Assembly: GCA_963715865.1 (NCBI GenBank)
Contig: OY970280.1
Span: 1,600,001-1,664,000 of the forward strand
Length of the DNA: 64,000 nt
Direction: 5' to 3'
Origin: Candidatus Bathyarchaeota archaeon
Lineage (GTDB): Archaea > Thermoproteota > Bathyarchaeia > Bathyarchaeales > Bathycorpusculaceae
The notes below the pieces were generated by a model. The model was given only the letters and a program-made list of their open reading frames with translations, was not told the DNA's origin and ran no database searches. Each line of letters starts with the position of its first letter. The stretch's first letter is position 1. The position numbers were made by a program, and so were the translations under genes. This document shows positions 39,864 to 49,175 of the stretch, piece by piece.

Positions 39864-40088
39864 TCTCCGAGTTAGTGTTGTTATTCAGTCTTATATCTGC
39901 CTTTTATTCGGAACTGCCTTTCATATATTTCCCTAATTTTCTCGATGGTATCCGCGTCCTCTGGGCCTTTGTTGTCCCTGACGTGGATTATTCTGGCGAA
40001 CCGCAAGGCTTTATTATGGATTTCTCACAAGAACTGTTGGTGTTAAGAATTTGGAACAGAAAAACAAAACAACTAATATTAACGCTGT

Positions 40089-40712
40089 CTAATTGTCTGT
40101 GCCAGAATTTCGAAGCTGATACTGGAGAGCTCTTATGACGGCTTTCTTAAGGTCGTTTTCTCCTTGGTAAGTTCGCATTTTGACCCCGTATTTGTCCAGA
40201 TACTCCATAAGCATTGATGAAAGCACTATGCTATTTTTACTCAGGAACCATAATTTTCCAGCATGCTCACGGAAGAGCGCATGCATAAGTTCCAAGTATT
40301 CGCCTCCGCGTGTTTCCTCTTTGTCTCTTAGCAAGAAAATGACTTGGGCATTCCGCATTAAGACATCCAGCTTTTCGAAAATGGGAAATCTATGGAATTC
40401 TGTGATTTTGTATCTCTTTTTTAGGTAATCATAAACAGTTTTATCGATTCCCTCTTTTTCCAGTTTCAGGTCGTTCATGTCAACGAGCTGATTTTCCTGA
40501 AATATGAAGAGGGTAATTCTGTCCTCGTCTGAAAGTTCTGTCAAAACCTCCACGACATCTGAAAAATACACTTCCACGCCATCAAGCAGCAACGCATATA
40601 CGTTTTCTCCTGAAAAAGTCTTCACTATTTCTTCTTTAACGTTTTCGAGTCGGGCTTTTGTTTGAGGATCAAAACTGCCCAATAGCAAAATTGTGACTAA
40701 GGGTTTGTCCAA
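40089..40712 (-). CDS. Hypothetical protein with nucleoside 2-deoxyribosyltransferase (NDT)/TIR-like fold features
   Basis: TILLLGSF first strand; AQVIFLLRD...TRGGEYLEL.HA resembles the NDT D.v.a.l....GT..El..A motif (by eye). Confidence 0.5.
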   Translation of the reverse strand: MDKPLVTILLLGSFDPQTKARLENVKEEIVKTFSGENVYALLLDGVEVYFSDVVEVLTELSDEDRITLFIFQENQLVDMNDLKLEKEGIDKTVYDYLKKRYKITEFHRFPIFEKLDVLMRNAQVIFLLRDKEETRGGEYLELMHALFREHAGKLWFLSKNSIVLSSMLMEYLDKYGVKMRTYQGENDLKKAVIRALQYQLRNSGTDN

Positions 40713-40725
40713 TCCGATTTCACTG

Positions 40726-40983
40726 CTATTGATCCTCTGTTATCTTCAGGGTTACTATTTTTAAGTTTTCATCCAGTTTCGCTTCGAATCTGCCTTTTCT
40801 CTTTGCTGTTGTTGACAAGAATGGAACAACTTTGAACGAGCCTTTGATAGAATAGGTGTCGTCAACGTTTATTTCGGAGATTTCTATTTCAGCGCTCGCG
40901 TATGCTTCGTTAAGGGCTTCTGAAATCTCTTTTTTCAGTGCGCTTTTGATTTGATATAGTTCATATTTTGTTTGCATTATCAA
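40726..40983 (-). CDS. Small alpha/beta hypothetical protein
   Basis: ORF coupled to the upstream wHTH (4-bp overlap) and 13 bp from the downstream gene. Confidence 0.6.
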   Translation of the reverse strand: MIMQTKYELYQIKSALKKEISEALNEAYASAEIEISEINVDDTYSIKGSFKVVPFLSTTAKRKGRFEAKLDENLKIVTLKITEDQ

Positions 40984-41312
40984 GCAGTCTCCTTAACAGC
41001 TTTGAGGAGATCTTCTCCGATTAGTCTTTTTAGTTCTGAGAGCTTGTCGTTCACGATCTTGTATCTTGGTTGTCCCCTGATGTCAATTTTCGCAATAAAC
41101 CCCGCGCTCATAAGTTCGCCTAGGTGGAAGCTTAGCGTGTTCGGGTTGATGCGGCCTGCCCATTTTTCTATGGCATCCTTCAGTTCAGACCATGTGGCTT
41201 CTTCTTTGGCAGCGATAAATGCGGCGATGAAGCTTCTTAATGGGTTTGCGAATATTTCGCATTTTTTGCTTGCCTGCGCAATTAAGTCTTCGATACTCAT
41301 GTTTAGCACCAA
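40980..41312 (-). CDS. Winged-helix (ArsR-like) regulator
   Basis: FANPLRSFI, TWSELK, NTLSFHLGELMSAGFI, QPRYKI. Confidence 0.82.
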   Translation of the reverse strand: MVLNMSIEDLIAQASKKCEIFANPLRSFIAAFIAAKEEATWSELKDAIEKWAGRINPNTLSFHLGELMSAGFIAKIDIRGQPRYKIVNDKLSELKRLIGEDLLKAVKETA

Positions 41313-41485
41313 TTTTAGTTAGGCAGCTCCAAGATATATAGTTAACTGTAATTAACTTAAAGTTAATCATGATTAACCTAGCAGAATTTCCAGCCAAGAT
41401 AACCAATCGCCAAAAATGCTAAAACCTTAAAAAAAAAGCGGTAGGTTCACGTTGCGATAAAAAGAGTACGTTAAGGGATGTGAAT

Positions 41486-41860
41486 TTAGAAGGAAGCTTC
41501 GAGTTTTTCTTTGACTTCTTTGATTTTTTTGGTTAGCTCTTCGACTTCCTTTGTGTTGCCTAATGCTTTTTGGCAGTCTCGTGCATAATCTAGTGCGCTG
41601 ACGCCGTACCTGTCGAATCCCTTGTTAAACGAGATTTCTGCGGACTTCATGAAGAGCTCTAGGCTTTTCGTGTAGTCTTTGAGGGCAAAGGCGCATTCGC
41701 CAGCCTTATAGTACATTTCTGCTGAGCCGAAATAGTTCTGCCCTTTGTAGTAGAGTTCAGCCACTTTGACAAAAATGTCCTTCGCTTCAGCGTACTTGGC
41801 GTTTTCCATTAACGCATTGGCATCTTTGTGGAGTTTTATTGGGTCTTCTTTTACGCTCAT
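41486..41860 (-). CDS. TPR/alpha-SNAP-like helical repeat protein
   Basis: Repeated A..Y.KA.E.F/Y helix pairs. Confidence 0.7.
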   Translation of the reverse strand: MSVKEDPIKLHKDANALMENAKYAEAKDIFVKVAELYYKGQNYFGSAEMYYKAGECAFALKDYTKSLELFMKSAEISFNKGFDRYGVSALDYARDCQKALGNTKEVEELTKKIKEVKEKLEASF

Positions 41861-42010
41861 GAATTATCACTTACAATCGTCATTATTTTGCGGTGAACTT
41901 CCATTTAGATATTACTCTCCCACAAGGCTCTGTCTCTAAATAATCAGAACTATCGGCAAATGGCATAACATAAAAGGCTCTTCCAATATGCAGTTAGTAG
42001 GGAATAAATC

Positions 42011-43402
42011 TTGATGCTTCGATGCATTCGCTGCGGCGCTGAGTTTTCGGTTTATCCGTTAAGGAGTAACTGTGAAAAATGCGGCGGTACACTGGAATTC
42101 GCAGCAGACTTGCCTGAGGCTGGAAAGTTGAAGTTTTCAGGACCGCAAAGATTCTGGAGATACAAACAGATGCTTCCGCCGGTTAAGCACATGGTCAGTT
42201 TGGGAGAGGGTGGAACACCATTGCATAAAGCGGAAAGGCTTGCCAAAGCAGTCGGATTGAAAGACCTCTATTTGAAGGATGAAACCCGCAACCCCACAAA
42301 CTCCTACAGGGACCGTGCAGCAGCTTTCTTGACATCAAACGCGATTGATCAAGGTTTTGAAGCACTAGTTTGCGCCACTAACGGAAACATGGGAGCTTCT
42401 TTGGCTGCCTACGCCGCAAAAGCAGGACTGATTTGCCATGTCTTAGTCCCCAAAATTGTTGATGTCGGAAAACTAGCGCAGATGATTGCTTACGACGCCG
42501 TCATCGAGGAATCAGGCGACATTGTGGACGATTCCATCCGCAAAGCAGCTGCCTTAGCCAAGGAAACAGGCTGGTACCAAGCCACCGCCGAACTCAACCC
42601 GCTGGTGGTTGAAGCTCAAAAAACCATTTCGTATGAAATTTATGAGCAGTTTGCGGTTCCTGACTGGGTTATCGTTTCGATGGGAAGCGGTGGAACCATC
42701 TATTCTCTTTGGAAAGGCTTCAAAGAACTCAAACAGCTAGGGCTGACCAACTCGTTACCGCGAATGGTAGGAGTTCAGACTGAAGGCTGCGCTGTCATAG
42801 TTAACAAATTGACAAAACCATCATCTTCAAAATCTTGTAGCCTGTCCACACGTGCCCTAGCTATTCTCGTAGGCGAACCATTACAAAGCGAATTGGCAAT
42901 CAAAGCAATCCAAGAATCAAACGGCTTAGCTTTAACCGTCTCAGACGTGGACATTCTGGCTGCAGAGCTTCAAGTCGCTAAACTTGAAGGAGTCTTCGCC
43001 GAACCCGCAAGCTCAGCCACCGTGGCAGCATTGCATACGCTGAAAGCTGACCGAATTTCCAGCGACCGCAGCGTAGTCTGCCTCATCACTGGGAGCGGGC
43101 TTAAAGCGACCGATGTTCTGCAGGCGTTGACGAAAAAACAGAAAGCAGCAGGCTTAGGACTTGCAGTAAGTACAAAGCAAAAAATCCTCAAAATCCTAAG
43201 CGAAAAGGACACTTATGGATATTATTTGTGGAAGCAACTGGGGCAGATAATGACTCGTGCCGCTGTGTATCAGCATCTTAATGAGTTGGCGGATAGGGGG
43301 TTGGTGGTTGGTTATGAGGAGAATGGCAAGAAGTTTTTCCGCATTACTGAGCGCGGTAAGAAGGTTTTGGCGGCTTTTGGCGAGATCCAACTGCTTATGT
43401 GA
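42011..43402 (+). CDS. Threonine-synthase-like domain (PLP Lys replaced by Arg) fused to a C-terminal PadR-like winged helix
   Basis: N-terminal Zn ribbon, SLGEGGTPL, NPTNSYRDR, GSGG, EPASSA, TGSGLK; then KILKILSEKDTYGYYLWKQL...VYQHLNELADRGLV...FRITERGK. Confidence 0.88.
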   Translation: MMLRCIRCGAEFSVYPLRSNCEKCGGTLEFAADLPEAGKLKFSGPQRFWRYKQMLPPVKHMVSLGEGGTPLHKAERLAKAVGLKDLYLKDETRNPTNSYRDRAAAFLTSNAIDQGFEALVCATNGNMGASLAAYAAKAGLICHVLVPKIVDVGKLAQMIAYDAVIEESGDIVDDSIRKAAALAKETGWYQATAELNPLVVEAQKTISYEIYEQFAVPDWVIVSMGSGGTIYSLWKGFKELKQLGLTNSLPRMVGVQTEGCAVIVNKLTKPSSSKSCSLSTRALAILVGEPLQSELAIKAIQESNGLALTVSDVDILAAELQVAKLEGVFAEPASSATVAALHTLKADRISSDRSVVCLITGSGLKATDVLQALTKKQKAAGLGLAVSTKQKILKILSEKDTYGYYLWKQLGQIMTRAAVYQHLNELADRGLVVGYEENGKKFFRITERGKKVLAAFGEIQLLM

Positions 43403-43435
43403 TTGATTGTTGTTGTTTTGGTAACATTTATTAGA

Positions 43436-43457
43436 TAGTATAGCTGCAACTATACTA
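43436..43457. promoter_or_regulatory. Perfect palindromic operator TAGTATAG-N6-CTATACTA directly upstream of BRE/TATA (AAAG-TTATAA) of the ECF gene
   Basis: 8-bp exact inverted repeat; TATA-like element at 43461-43466; ATG at 43485. Confidence 0.7.
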
Positions 43458-43484
43458 AAGTTATAACTGTACCAAGGCGAAAAC

Positions 43485-44021
43485 ATGCAACCCAAACCCG
43501 ACCAAAAAGGAGTCACCCTCAAAATTGCACTGGCGGGAATTATGGCAGCCCTTGTTGCAGTAGCCACCCTCTTATTTGTGGTTCCTATCCCAGCCACCAG
43601 CGGATACTTCAACCTTGGCGAGACACTCATCTACATAGCAGCATTACTTTTGGGACCACTAGTAGGTGCAACAGCAGGTGCAGGAGCAACAATAGCCGAT
43701 ATTCTTGTAGCCGCACAGTTTGCTCCAGGAACCTTTACAATTAAAGCAATCGAAGGTTTCCTTGTTGGCTTCTTAAACAAGAAACTAAACAAAAAGACCC
43801 GAAGCATCACTTTGAGCGCCACAGTAGCGATTGTTATTGGTGGCTTTGAGATGGTTTTAGGATACTTCCTCTACGAACAACTTGTCTTAGGCTATCCTTT
43901 CGCTTTGGCACTGGTTGAGGTTCCCTTTAACATTGTACAGATGCTAATCGGCTTATTAGTAGCCATCCCTGTCATGCACGCGGTTTTACGTGTTTTCCCA
44001 CAGCTTAAAAGCATGGTTTGA
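43485..44021 (+). CDS. ECF transporter S component (HmpT/PdxU2-like)
   Basis: AGIMAALV, PIPATSGYFNLGE, LLLGP..G, IADI, APGTFTIKAIEG; about 5-6 TM helices. Confidence 0.85.
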   Translation: MQPKPDQKGVTLKIALAGIMAALVAVATLLFVVPIPATSGYFNLGETLIYIAALLLGPLVGATAGAGATIADILVAAQFAPGTFTIKAIEGFLVGFLNKKLNKKTRSITLSATVAIVIGGFEMVLGYFLYEQLVLGYPFALALVEVPFNIVQMLIGLLVAIPVMHAVLRVFPQLKSMV

Positions 44022-44034
44022 CAGAGGATTATCT

Positions 44035-45042
44035 ATGAAACTTCCGCCTGGAAAAATCCCCATAAACATCCTAAAAGAAGTAGTATTCAAAAACCTTGGC
44101 GCCGAACGCAGCGAAGTAGTTTTAGGTCCAGCAGCTGGAATAGACGGTGCAGTATTAGATGTTGGAAATAAAAACGTCATTGTCTCCATGGACCCAATCA
44201 CTGGTGCAGTTGAACGCATCGGATGGGAAGCCATTAACATTAACGCGAATGACGTTGCTACTTTCGGGGTTGAACCAGCCTTTTTCTTTTCATGCCTGCT
44301 TTTACCAGAGAACGCGGACAGCAAAATCGTTGAAACCATAAGCACCCAAATGCACAATGCCGCAAAGGAACTCGGCATAGCCATTGTGGGCGGACATTGC
44401 GAGTCAACGCCGGGACTTGCTAATCCTATTGTTGTTGGTTGCATTATGGGCTTAACAGAAAAAGGCAAATACGTGACTGCTGCAGGAGCAAAAACTGGCG
44501 ATAAACTGATTTTGACCAAGAGCGCTGGCATTGAAGGCACTGCAATTTTAGCTTCCGACCGCGAGGCGCAACTGGCAAAAGCCTTCAGCCCCGCAATGCT
44601 TGAGAGTGCCAAGGGCTTCTACAATCAAATAAGCGTAGTAAAAGACGCTTTAACGGCTTATAAAACGGGCGGAGTCCATGCCATGCATGACCCAACCGAA
44701 GGCGGAATACTAAACGGCATCCACGAAATGGCAGACGCCGCAAGCTTAGGTGTCCGCGTTTTTGAGGAAAAAATCACAGTTGAACCTGAAACAGCCAAAA
44801 TCTGCAGGTTCTATGAGATTGACCCGTTGCAACTGATTAGTTCAGGCGCCCTGCTCATTGCTGCAGAGCCGGAAGCCTCAAACAAAATAGTCGACAGTTT
44901 ATGCCAAGAGCACATTTACGCTGATGTGATAGGCGAATTCAACCCAAACATCAACAAACGCTTACTAATGCATAAGGATGATACGGCGGAGATGCTGCCA
45001 AGACCAGTCTCTGACCATTTGTGGCTGGCGTTAACGCGTTAA
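44035..45042 (+). CDS. PurM/AIR-synthase-like (HypE/ThiL/SelD fold) protein
   Basis: GIDGAV, MDPITG, NANDVAT, IVGGHCE, MHDPTEGG, LISSGALL. Confidence 0.88.
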   Translation: MKLPPGKIPINILKEVVFKNLGAERSEVVLGPAAGIDGAVLDVGNKNVIVSMDPITGAVERIGWEAININANDVATFGVEPAFFFSCLLLPENADSKIVETISTQMHNAAKELGIAIVGGHCESTPGLANPIVVGCIMGLTEKGKYVTAAGAKTGDKLILTKSAGIEGTAILASDREAQLAKAFSPAMLESAKGFYNQISVVKDALTAYKTGGVHAMHDPTEGGILNGIHEMADAASLGVRVFEEKITVEPETAKICRFYEIDPLQLISSGALLIAAEPEASNKIVDSLCQEHIYADVIGEFNPNINKRLLMHKDDTAEMLPRPVSDHLWLALTR

Positions 45043-45789
45043 GCTGACCCTGAAACCGCTAAGCGGAAGCTGTAAACACCAGTAGAGAAAGAATACGGGG
45101 TAAAAAATCATGTACTCAAACAAGTGCGAATAAACCAAGCCGCATTTAAACTCGACAATGGCTTGTGCAATACCGTTTTGCAGCCTCCAGTTAGTCGGCG
45201 GCTTATAATGCAAACAGTAAATGTTACTACCAACCGATACTTTGTAACCGTGTGTTTCAATCCACTGTACAATGAACGCGTCTTCATAAGCGTGCAACTG
45301 CTCAGGAATCCTAATGCCCTCAACGGCTTTACGCAAAATCAATGTATCATGCATTCCGCCTCGCAAGTAAAAACATTGCCTAGCAACTATGCTTTGCAGC
45401 TTCAGGATATGCTTATCTTTCACGTTGGGGATAACGTCAATGTTTAAGCCCCAAACAGCGCCCACACCGCTTGCCAAGTCTGCCTGAGCTTTTTTATACC
45501 AGTCTGTGCAGAGCAACACGTCGCTGTCAACAAACATGAACCAGTCCGTGCCTACGCGGCGTATGCCTTCTGTGCGTGCTTTAGCCCTTGAACCCTTCAT
45601 CTGAAACAGAGAAATATTGCCATATTTTTCGTTAAATTTGTCGAGGATTTGCAGGGTACGGTCTGTTGAGAAACCATCAATCACAATTAAGTTTTTCACA
45701 GGCACATTCTGGTAGATTGATGTAAGGCATTTGCTTAGCACGTGCTCGCTGTTTTTTGTCAGCAACACTACATCAACTTGCTGCATCAA
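45031..45789 (-). CDS. Glycosyltransferase family 2
   Basis: LLTKNSE, IDGFSTDRT, FVDSD, HAYED. Confidence 0.88.
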   Translation of the reverse strand: MMQQVDVVLLTKNSEHVLSKCLTSIYQNVPVKNLIVIDGFSTDRTLQILDKFNEKYGNISLFQMKGSRAKARTEGIRRVGTDWFMFVDSDVLLCTDWYKKAQADLASGVGAVWGLNIDVIPNVKDKHILKLQSIVARQCFYLRGGMHDTLILRKAVEGIRIPEQLHAYEDAFIVQWIETHGYKVSVGSNIYCLHYKPPTNWRLQNGIAQAIVEFKCGLVYSHLFEYMIFYPVFFLYWCLQLPLSGFRVSLTR

Positions 45790-46266
45790 TGGTCCTCAAC
45801 ATTTAAAGTTCTTAATAAGCACTTAACGCGTCTACAGCATAAAAATCTAAGTAACCTCAAAAACACTTTTTTCCGCTCAGGGTCTGCCTTGTTCTGCTCT
45901 ATTGTACTCGACGGTAATTGGTGCTATCAGTATTAGCCTGTTGAGGGTAAGCAGGTTTGGGAAAGTGAAAAATTTAGACTCCAGAGTAGTTGCTTCGTGC
46001 TTGTGAGCCAAACCAGGAAACCAACCGCTAACTCTATAATTCGATAATTTAAAATAGTTTTCTAAAATTTTTAATCGTAAATTTTCGTTCTAAAACATAA
46101 AAGTTACCTGCATCGGTAACAATAAAAATCTTATGGCTATTATATTAAGAGAATAATTCATGATTGAATTGAACTTCGAATTGGTAAAAAAAATCCAAAT
46201 TCCGCTATTTTTGTCTGCCTGCTTTTTCTGCAACAAAATTTTTTTAAAAGTTTGTTGTGTGAGTGA

Positions 46267-46377
46267 CTATCGCTGGGATTTTCCGCATTCTTTGCAGAAG
46301 ATGTCAGAGGCGTCTATTGTATGCCCGCAGTACGCGCACTTTTTTGCCTTGTCAGAATCGGTTACTGTAGACGACAT
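46267..46377 (-). CDS. 36-aa zinc-ribbon protein (MSSTVTDSDKAKKCAYCGHTIDASDIFCKECGKSQR); absent from the ORF track
   Basis: Hand-translated CxxCG-x9-FCxxCG; alternative in-frame GTG at 46422. Confidence 0.7.
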   Translation of the reverse strand: MSSTVTDSDKAKKCAYCGHTIDASDIFCKECGKSQR

Positions 46378-46456
46378 GGGTGACTCTTTCTCGTATCTCT
46401 TAGCAATAAAGGGATAAGGCACTTAGGTAAAGCTGGCTGGAAATCAACGCTTACGG

Positions 46457-47614
46457 ATGGCATTTCTATCGCAAACCAAAAAAGTATGGTGTTTAGATTC
46501 GGATAATGGTTTTTATAGTTCCAATCTGATTAACTGTAATATCAATGAAGCGGCTAGTGACATTTATTTGGCGACAGGTATCAAGAAAGTGGTATCCATA
46601 GCAGCACGTTCACTTGCTCCCGGCAAGCCTCACCATGCTCAATGGTTAGTCACAAGAAAATGTAACTACCGCTGTGCCGGTTGCAATGTCTGGAAGGAAC
46701 AAGACCAAAGAGAACTTGCAACAGATGACATAAAAAAAGGATTAGATATTCTAAGAAAAGTCGGCATAGTTGAACTTGTATTCTCAGGTGGAGACCCGCT
46801 GCTTAGGGATGACATTGGCGAGATAATTGATTATGCCTCAAAATTTTTCGTCACAACCGTTTATGATAACGGAAGCATGGCTGTAAAAAAAATCGATTCC
46901 CTGCGAAATGTAGATTTCGTGGCAATTTCAATAGACAGCTTGGACGAAGCAAAAAACGATTACATAAAGGCTGTTCCAGGTGCATGGAAAAAGGCAATGG
47001 AAGCCGTAGAAATGCTTCATAATGAGGGAATAAACGTTAGTGTCACGCCGACAATTTCACAAAAGAACCTCTATGAAATAGTTGACATAACTAACTATTT
47101 CACTCAAAAGGGAATTCCCGTCTGGTACTGTCTTTACGCGTATGACGTTTCGGTGGACGAAAAACAACTCTTTAGGATTGGCAAAGCAAACGATGAGCTC
47201 GTGATAACGGATAAGCAAGCCATGGTTAAACTTTGCGATTCCCTAATTGAAATGAAAAAGAAAAATAAGAAAATCCTCATGACAAACAAACTTCTAAAGG
47301 CGTTGAGAAGTCTCTATGAGGAAGACAAGAGAACATGGAAATGCCAAGCACTGAGTAACTTCCTAGTCGTTGACCATTTAGGCAGAATCGCGGGGTGCCA
47401 TAGCCACAATTTTGCAGGTTCAATTTTTGATTTGCCTAAGAAATGGAAAAGCAAAGAATTCAAGGAACTGCGCGAAACTTACCATAAATGTACGCAATGC
47501 AACTACCTATGCTACGTTTTCTATTCGCTTCAGGGAAGCCCATGTGGTCATTTGTCGTTGGCTATGGACCAGTGGAAAAACGCGCGATTACTGATTAAGA
47601 AAGAGAAAAACTAA
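46457..47614 (+). CDS. Radical SAM protein with a C-terminal SPASM/twitch-like Cys cluster
   Basis: CNYRCAGC, FSGGDPL, SIDS, C-terminal CQA...GC...CTQCNYLC; true start may be downstream. Confidence 0.88.
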   Translation: MAFLSQTKKVWCLDSDNGFYSSNLINCNINEAASDIYLATGIKKVVSIAARSLAPGKPHHAQWLVTRKCNYRCAGCNVWKEQDQRELATDDIKKGLDILRKVGIVELVFSGGDPLLRDDIGEIIDYASKFFVTTVYDNGSMAVKKIDSLRNVDFVAISIDSLDEAKNDYIKAVPGAWKKAMEAVEMLHNEGINVSVTPTISQKNLYEIVDITNYFTQKGIPVWYCLYAYDVSVDEKQLFRIGKANDELVITDKQAMVKLCDSLIEMKKKNKKILMTNKLLKALRSLYEEDKRTWKCQALSNFLVVDHLGRIAGCHSHNFAGSIFDLPKKWKSKEFKELRETYHKCTQCNYLCYVFYSLQGSPCGHLSLAMDQWKNARLLIKKEKN

Positions 47615-47877
47615 ACTTCCAAGTTTGGAATCAGGTAGAGGAAACTGGCAATATTTATTGTCGATTGACTGTCAAATTTCTGCTCTTCTTCAATGTTTGT
47701 TATGGGAATTTTTAGGGTACTGATTCTTATTTTTGCGATGTTATCATTTATTAGTCGTGGTCCCGCATCTTTAGGTTTCTTTAATTCTATGATTGCTGGT
47801 AAGAGCATAAGCAGGAAGGTTATGGTTGCTATGGCTGTCAGAGTAAAGAGTGTATTTGAAATCTGAATCATAAGCAT
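47611..47877 (-). CDS. Small membrane protein
   Basis: N-terminal TM helix then LPAIIELKKPKDAGPR; last gene of a 3-gene GT2 cluster. Confidence 0.6.
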   Translation of the reverse strand: MLMIQISNTLFTLTAIATITFLLMLLPAIIELKKPKDAGPRLINDNIAKIRISTLKIPITNIEEEQKFDSQSTINIASFLYLIPNLEV

Positions 47878-47900
47878 CTAACGAGCATTATTTCTTAATT

Positions 47901-49175
47901 CTAAATATAACGGTTTCCATTACCCGAGTGCTCAGTCTTCTCCCAATCACTCTTGGTACTACCAACCAGCTTTCCAGCCAATAAATCGAAAAAAGCCTTC
48001 GTACAGATGAGTATGTTAAACAAGAAGGAGAAAATTAAAAAAGGCATCAACCATTGGATTCGTTTTCTGCCGTCTAAGTATGCGCCAATTCCAATCTCAA
48101 AAAAAGGCGCATAGTTACCCACGAAACTGTAAAAAGAGACAGGTACAGTAAACCAAAGTGCACCAGCAATTGATGAACCATTAAGAATAAGCAAACTGCC
48201 TACAAAGAAAGAAAGCAGGGTTAAAATGGGCATAAAATATACATGCAAAAGAAGTAAGCCATCAATTTTCTCTCTTAGCTTCATTTTTTTGCTTCTCAAA
48301 ACATTGAATGCTTGCTTGAAACAAACTTGCATATGTCCTCTTGCCCACCTGTGCCTTTGCCGCCAATATGCCTTCCATGTATCCACCGCTTCCTCGTAGC
48401 ATTCAGCGTCTCCTACATAGCGAATTTTATAGCCTGCTAGATAAACTTGAAAAGTTAAATCAGTGTCCTCAGTAAGCATTGACTCGTCAAAGCCACCTAA
48501 ACTCTCCACAATACTCCGCCTAAAACCGCCAACTGTGCCGCCGAACTGCGGTACAAGACCTAAAATATCACGCGCTTCTTGGTCAACTCTGTATCCGCCT
48601 ATTCGCTCTAAAGCTATTAAACGGGTTACAATATTGTGTGGTTCATTTAAAACAACGGGTCTTCCCTGTACCGCTCCAACGTTTGGGTCAGCGAATTTCT
48701 CCACAAGCTTTTTCGCTATGTCAGCACAAGGGAGGTAATCTGCATCGAAACAAAGCACGATTTCTCCTGTTGAGTGCTTTAAACCAGCATTTAATGCTGA
48801 GGCTTTTCCCTTGCCACCAATTCCGCTGTCTCTGTGCAAGACTTTTATGAAATTATATGATTTTGCATATTCTTCTGCAATCTTTCCTGTATTATCCGAG
48901 GAAGCATCATCAACTAATATAACTTCCAGTTTGTTTTCAGGATATGATAGCTGAGTCATTTTATCTAATAATTTGCCGATTACATTTTCCTCATTGTGAG
49001 CGGGAATAAGGATAGAAACTGTTGGTTCATATCTTAAATTTGGGTTAGTATTGGAAGCTTTATTGGTTTTTGATCTCCTTAGAACGGTTAAGGTAAAAAC
49101 ATAATGACGAATTAAGTAAATTGTAATAACCGAAGTAAAGAAAATAAAAATTAAATTTAAGATTTCGATAATCAA
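47901..49175 (-). CDS. Processive GT2 beta-glycan synthase (cellulose synthase/PgaC-like)
   Basis: DDASSD, GKASALN, FDAD, TEDTD, QRHRW (D,D,D,QxxRW); flanking TM helices. Confidence 0.9.
   Translation of the reverse strand: MIIEILNLIFIFFTSVITIYLIRHYVFTLTVLRRSKTNKASNTNPNLRYEPTVSILIPAHNEENVIGKLLDKMTQLSYPENKLEVILVDDASSDNTGKIAEEYAKSYNFIKVLHRDSGIGGKGKASALNAGLKHSTGEIVLCFDADYLPCADIAKKLVEKFADPNVGAVQGRPVVLNEPHNIVTRLIALERIGGYRVDQEARDILGLVPQFGGTVGGFRRSIVESLGGFDESMLTEDTDLTFQVYLAGYKIRYVGDAECYEEAVDTWKAYWRQRHRWARGHMQVCFKQAFNVLRSKKMKLREKIDGLLLLHVYFMPILTLLSFFVGSLLILNGSSIAGALWFTVPVSFYSFVGNYAPFFEIGIGAYLDGRKRIQWLMPFLIFSFLFNILICTKAFFDLLAGKLVGSTKSDWEKTEHSGNGNRYI

Noticed and set aside
39881-40006. Possible 41-aa minus-strand ORF ([32 protein letters not shown]...)
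   Set aside because: No RBS or promoter evidence and no recognisable family; may be a remnant but I cannot support it
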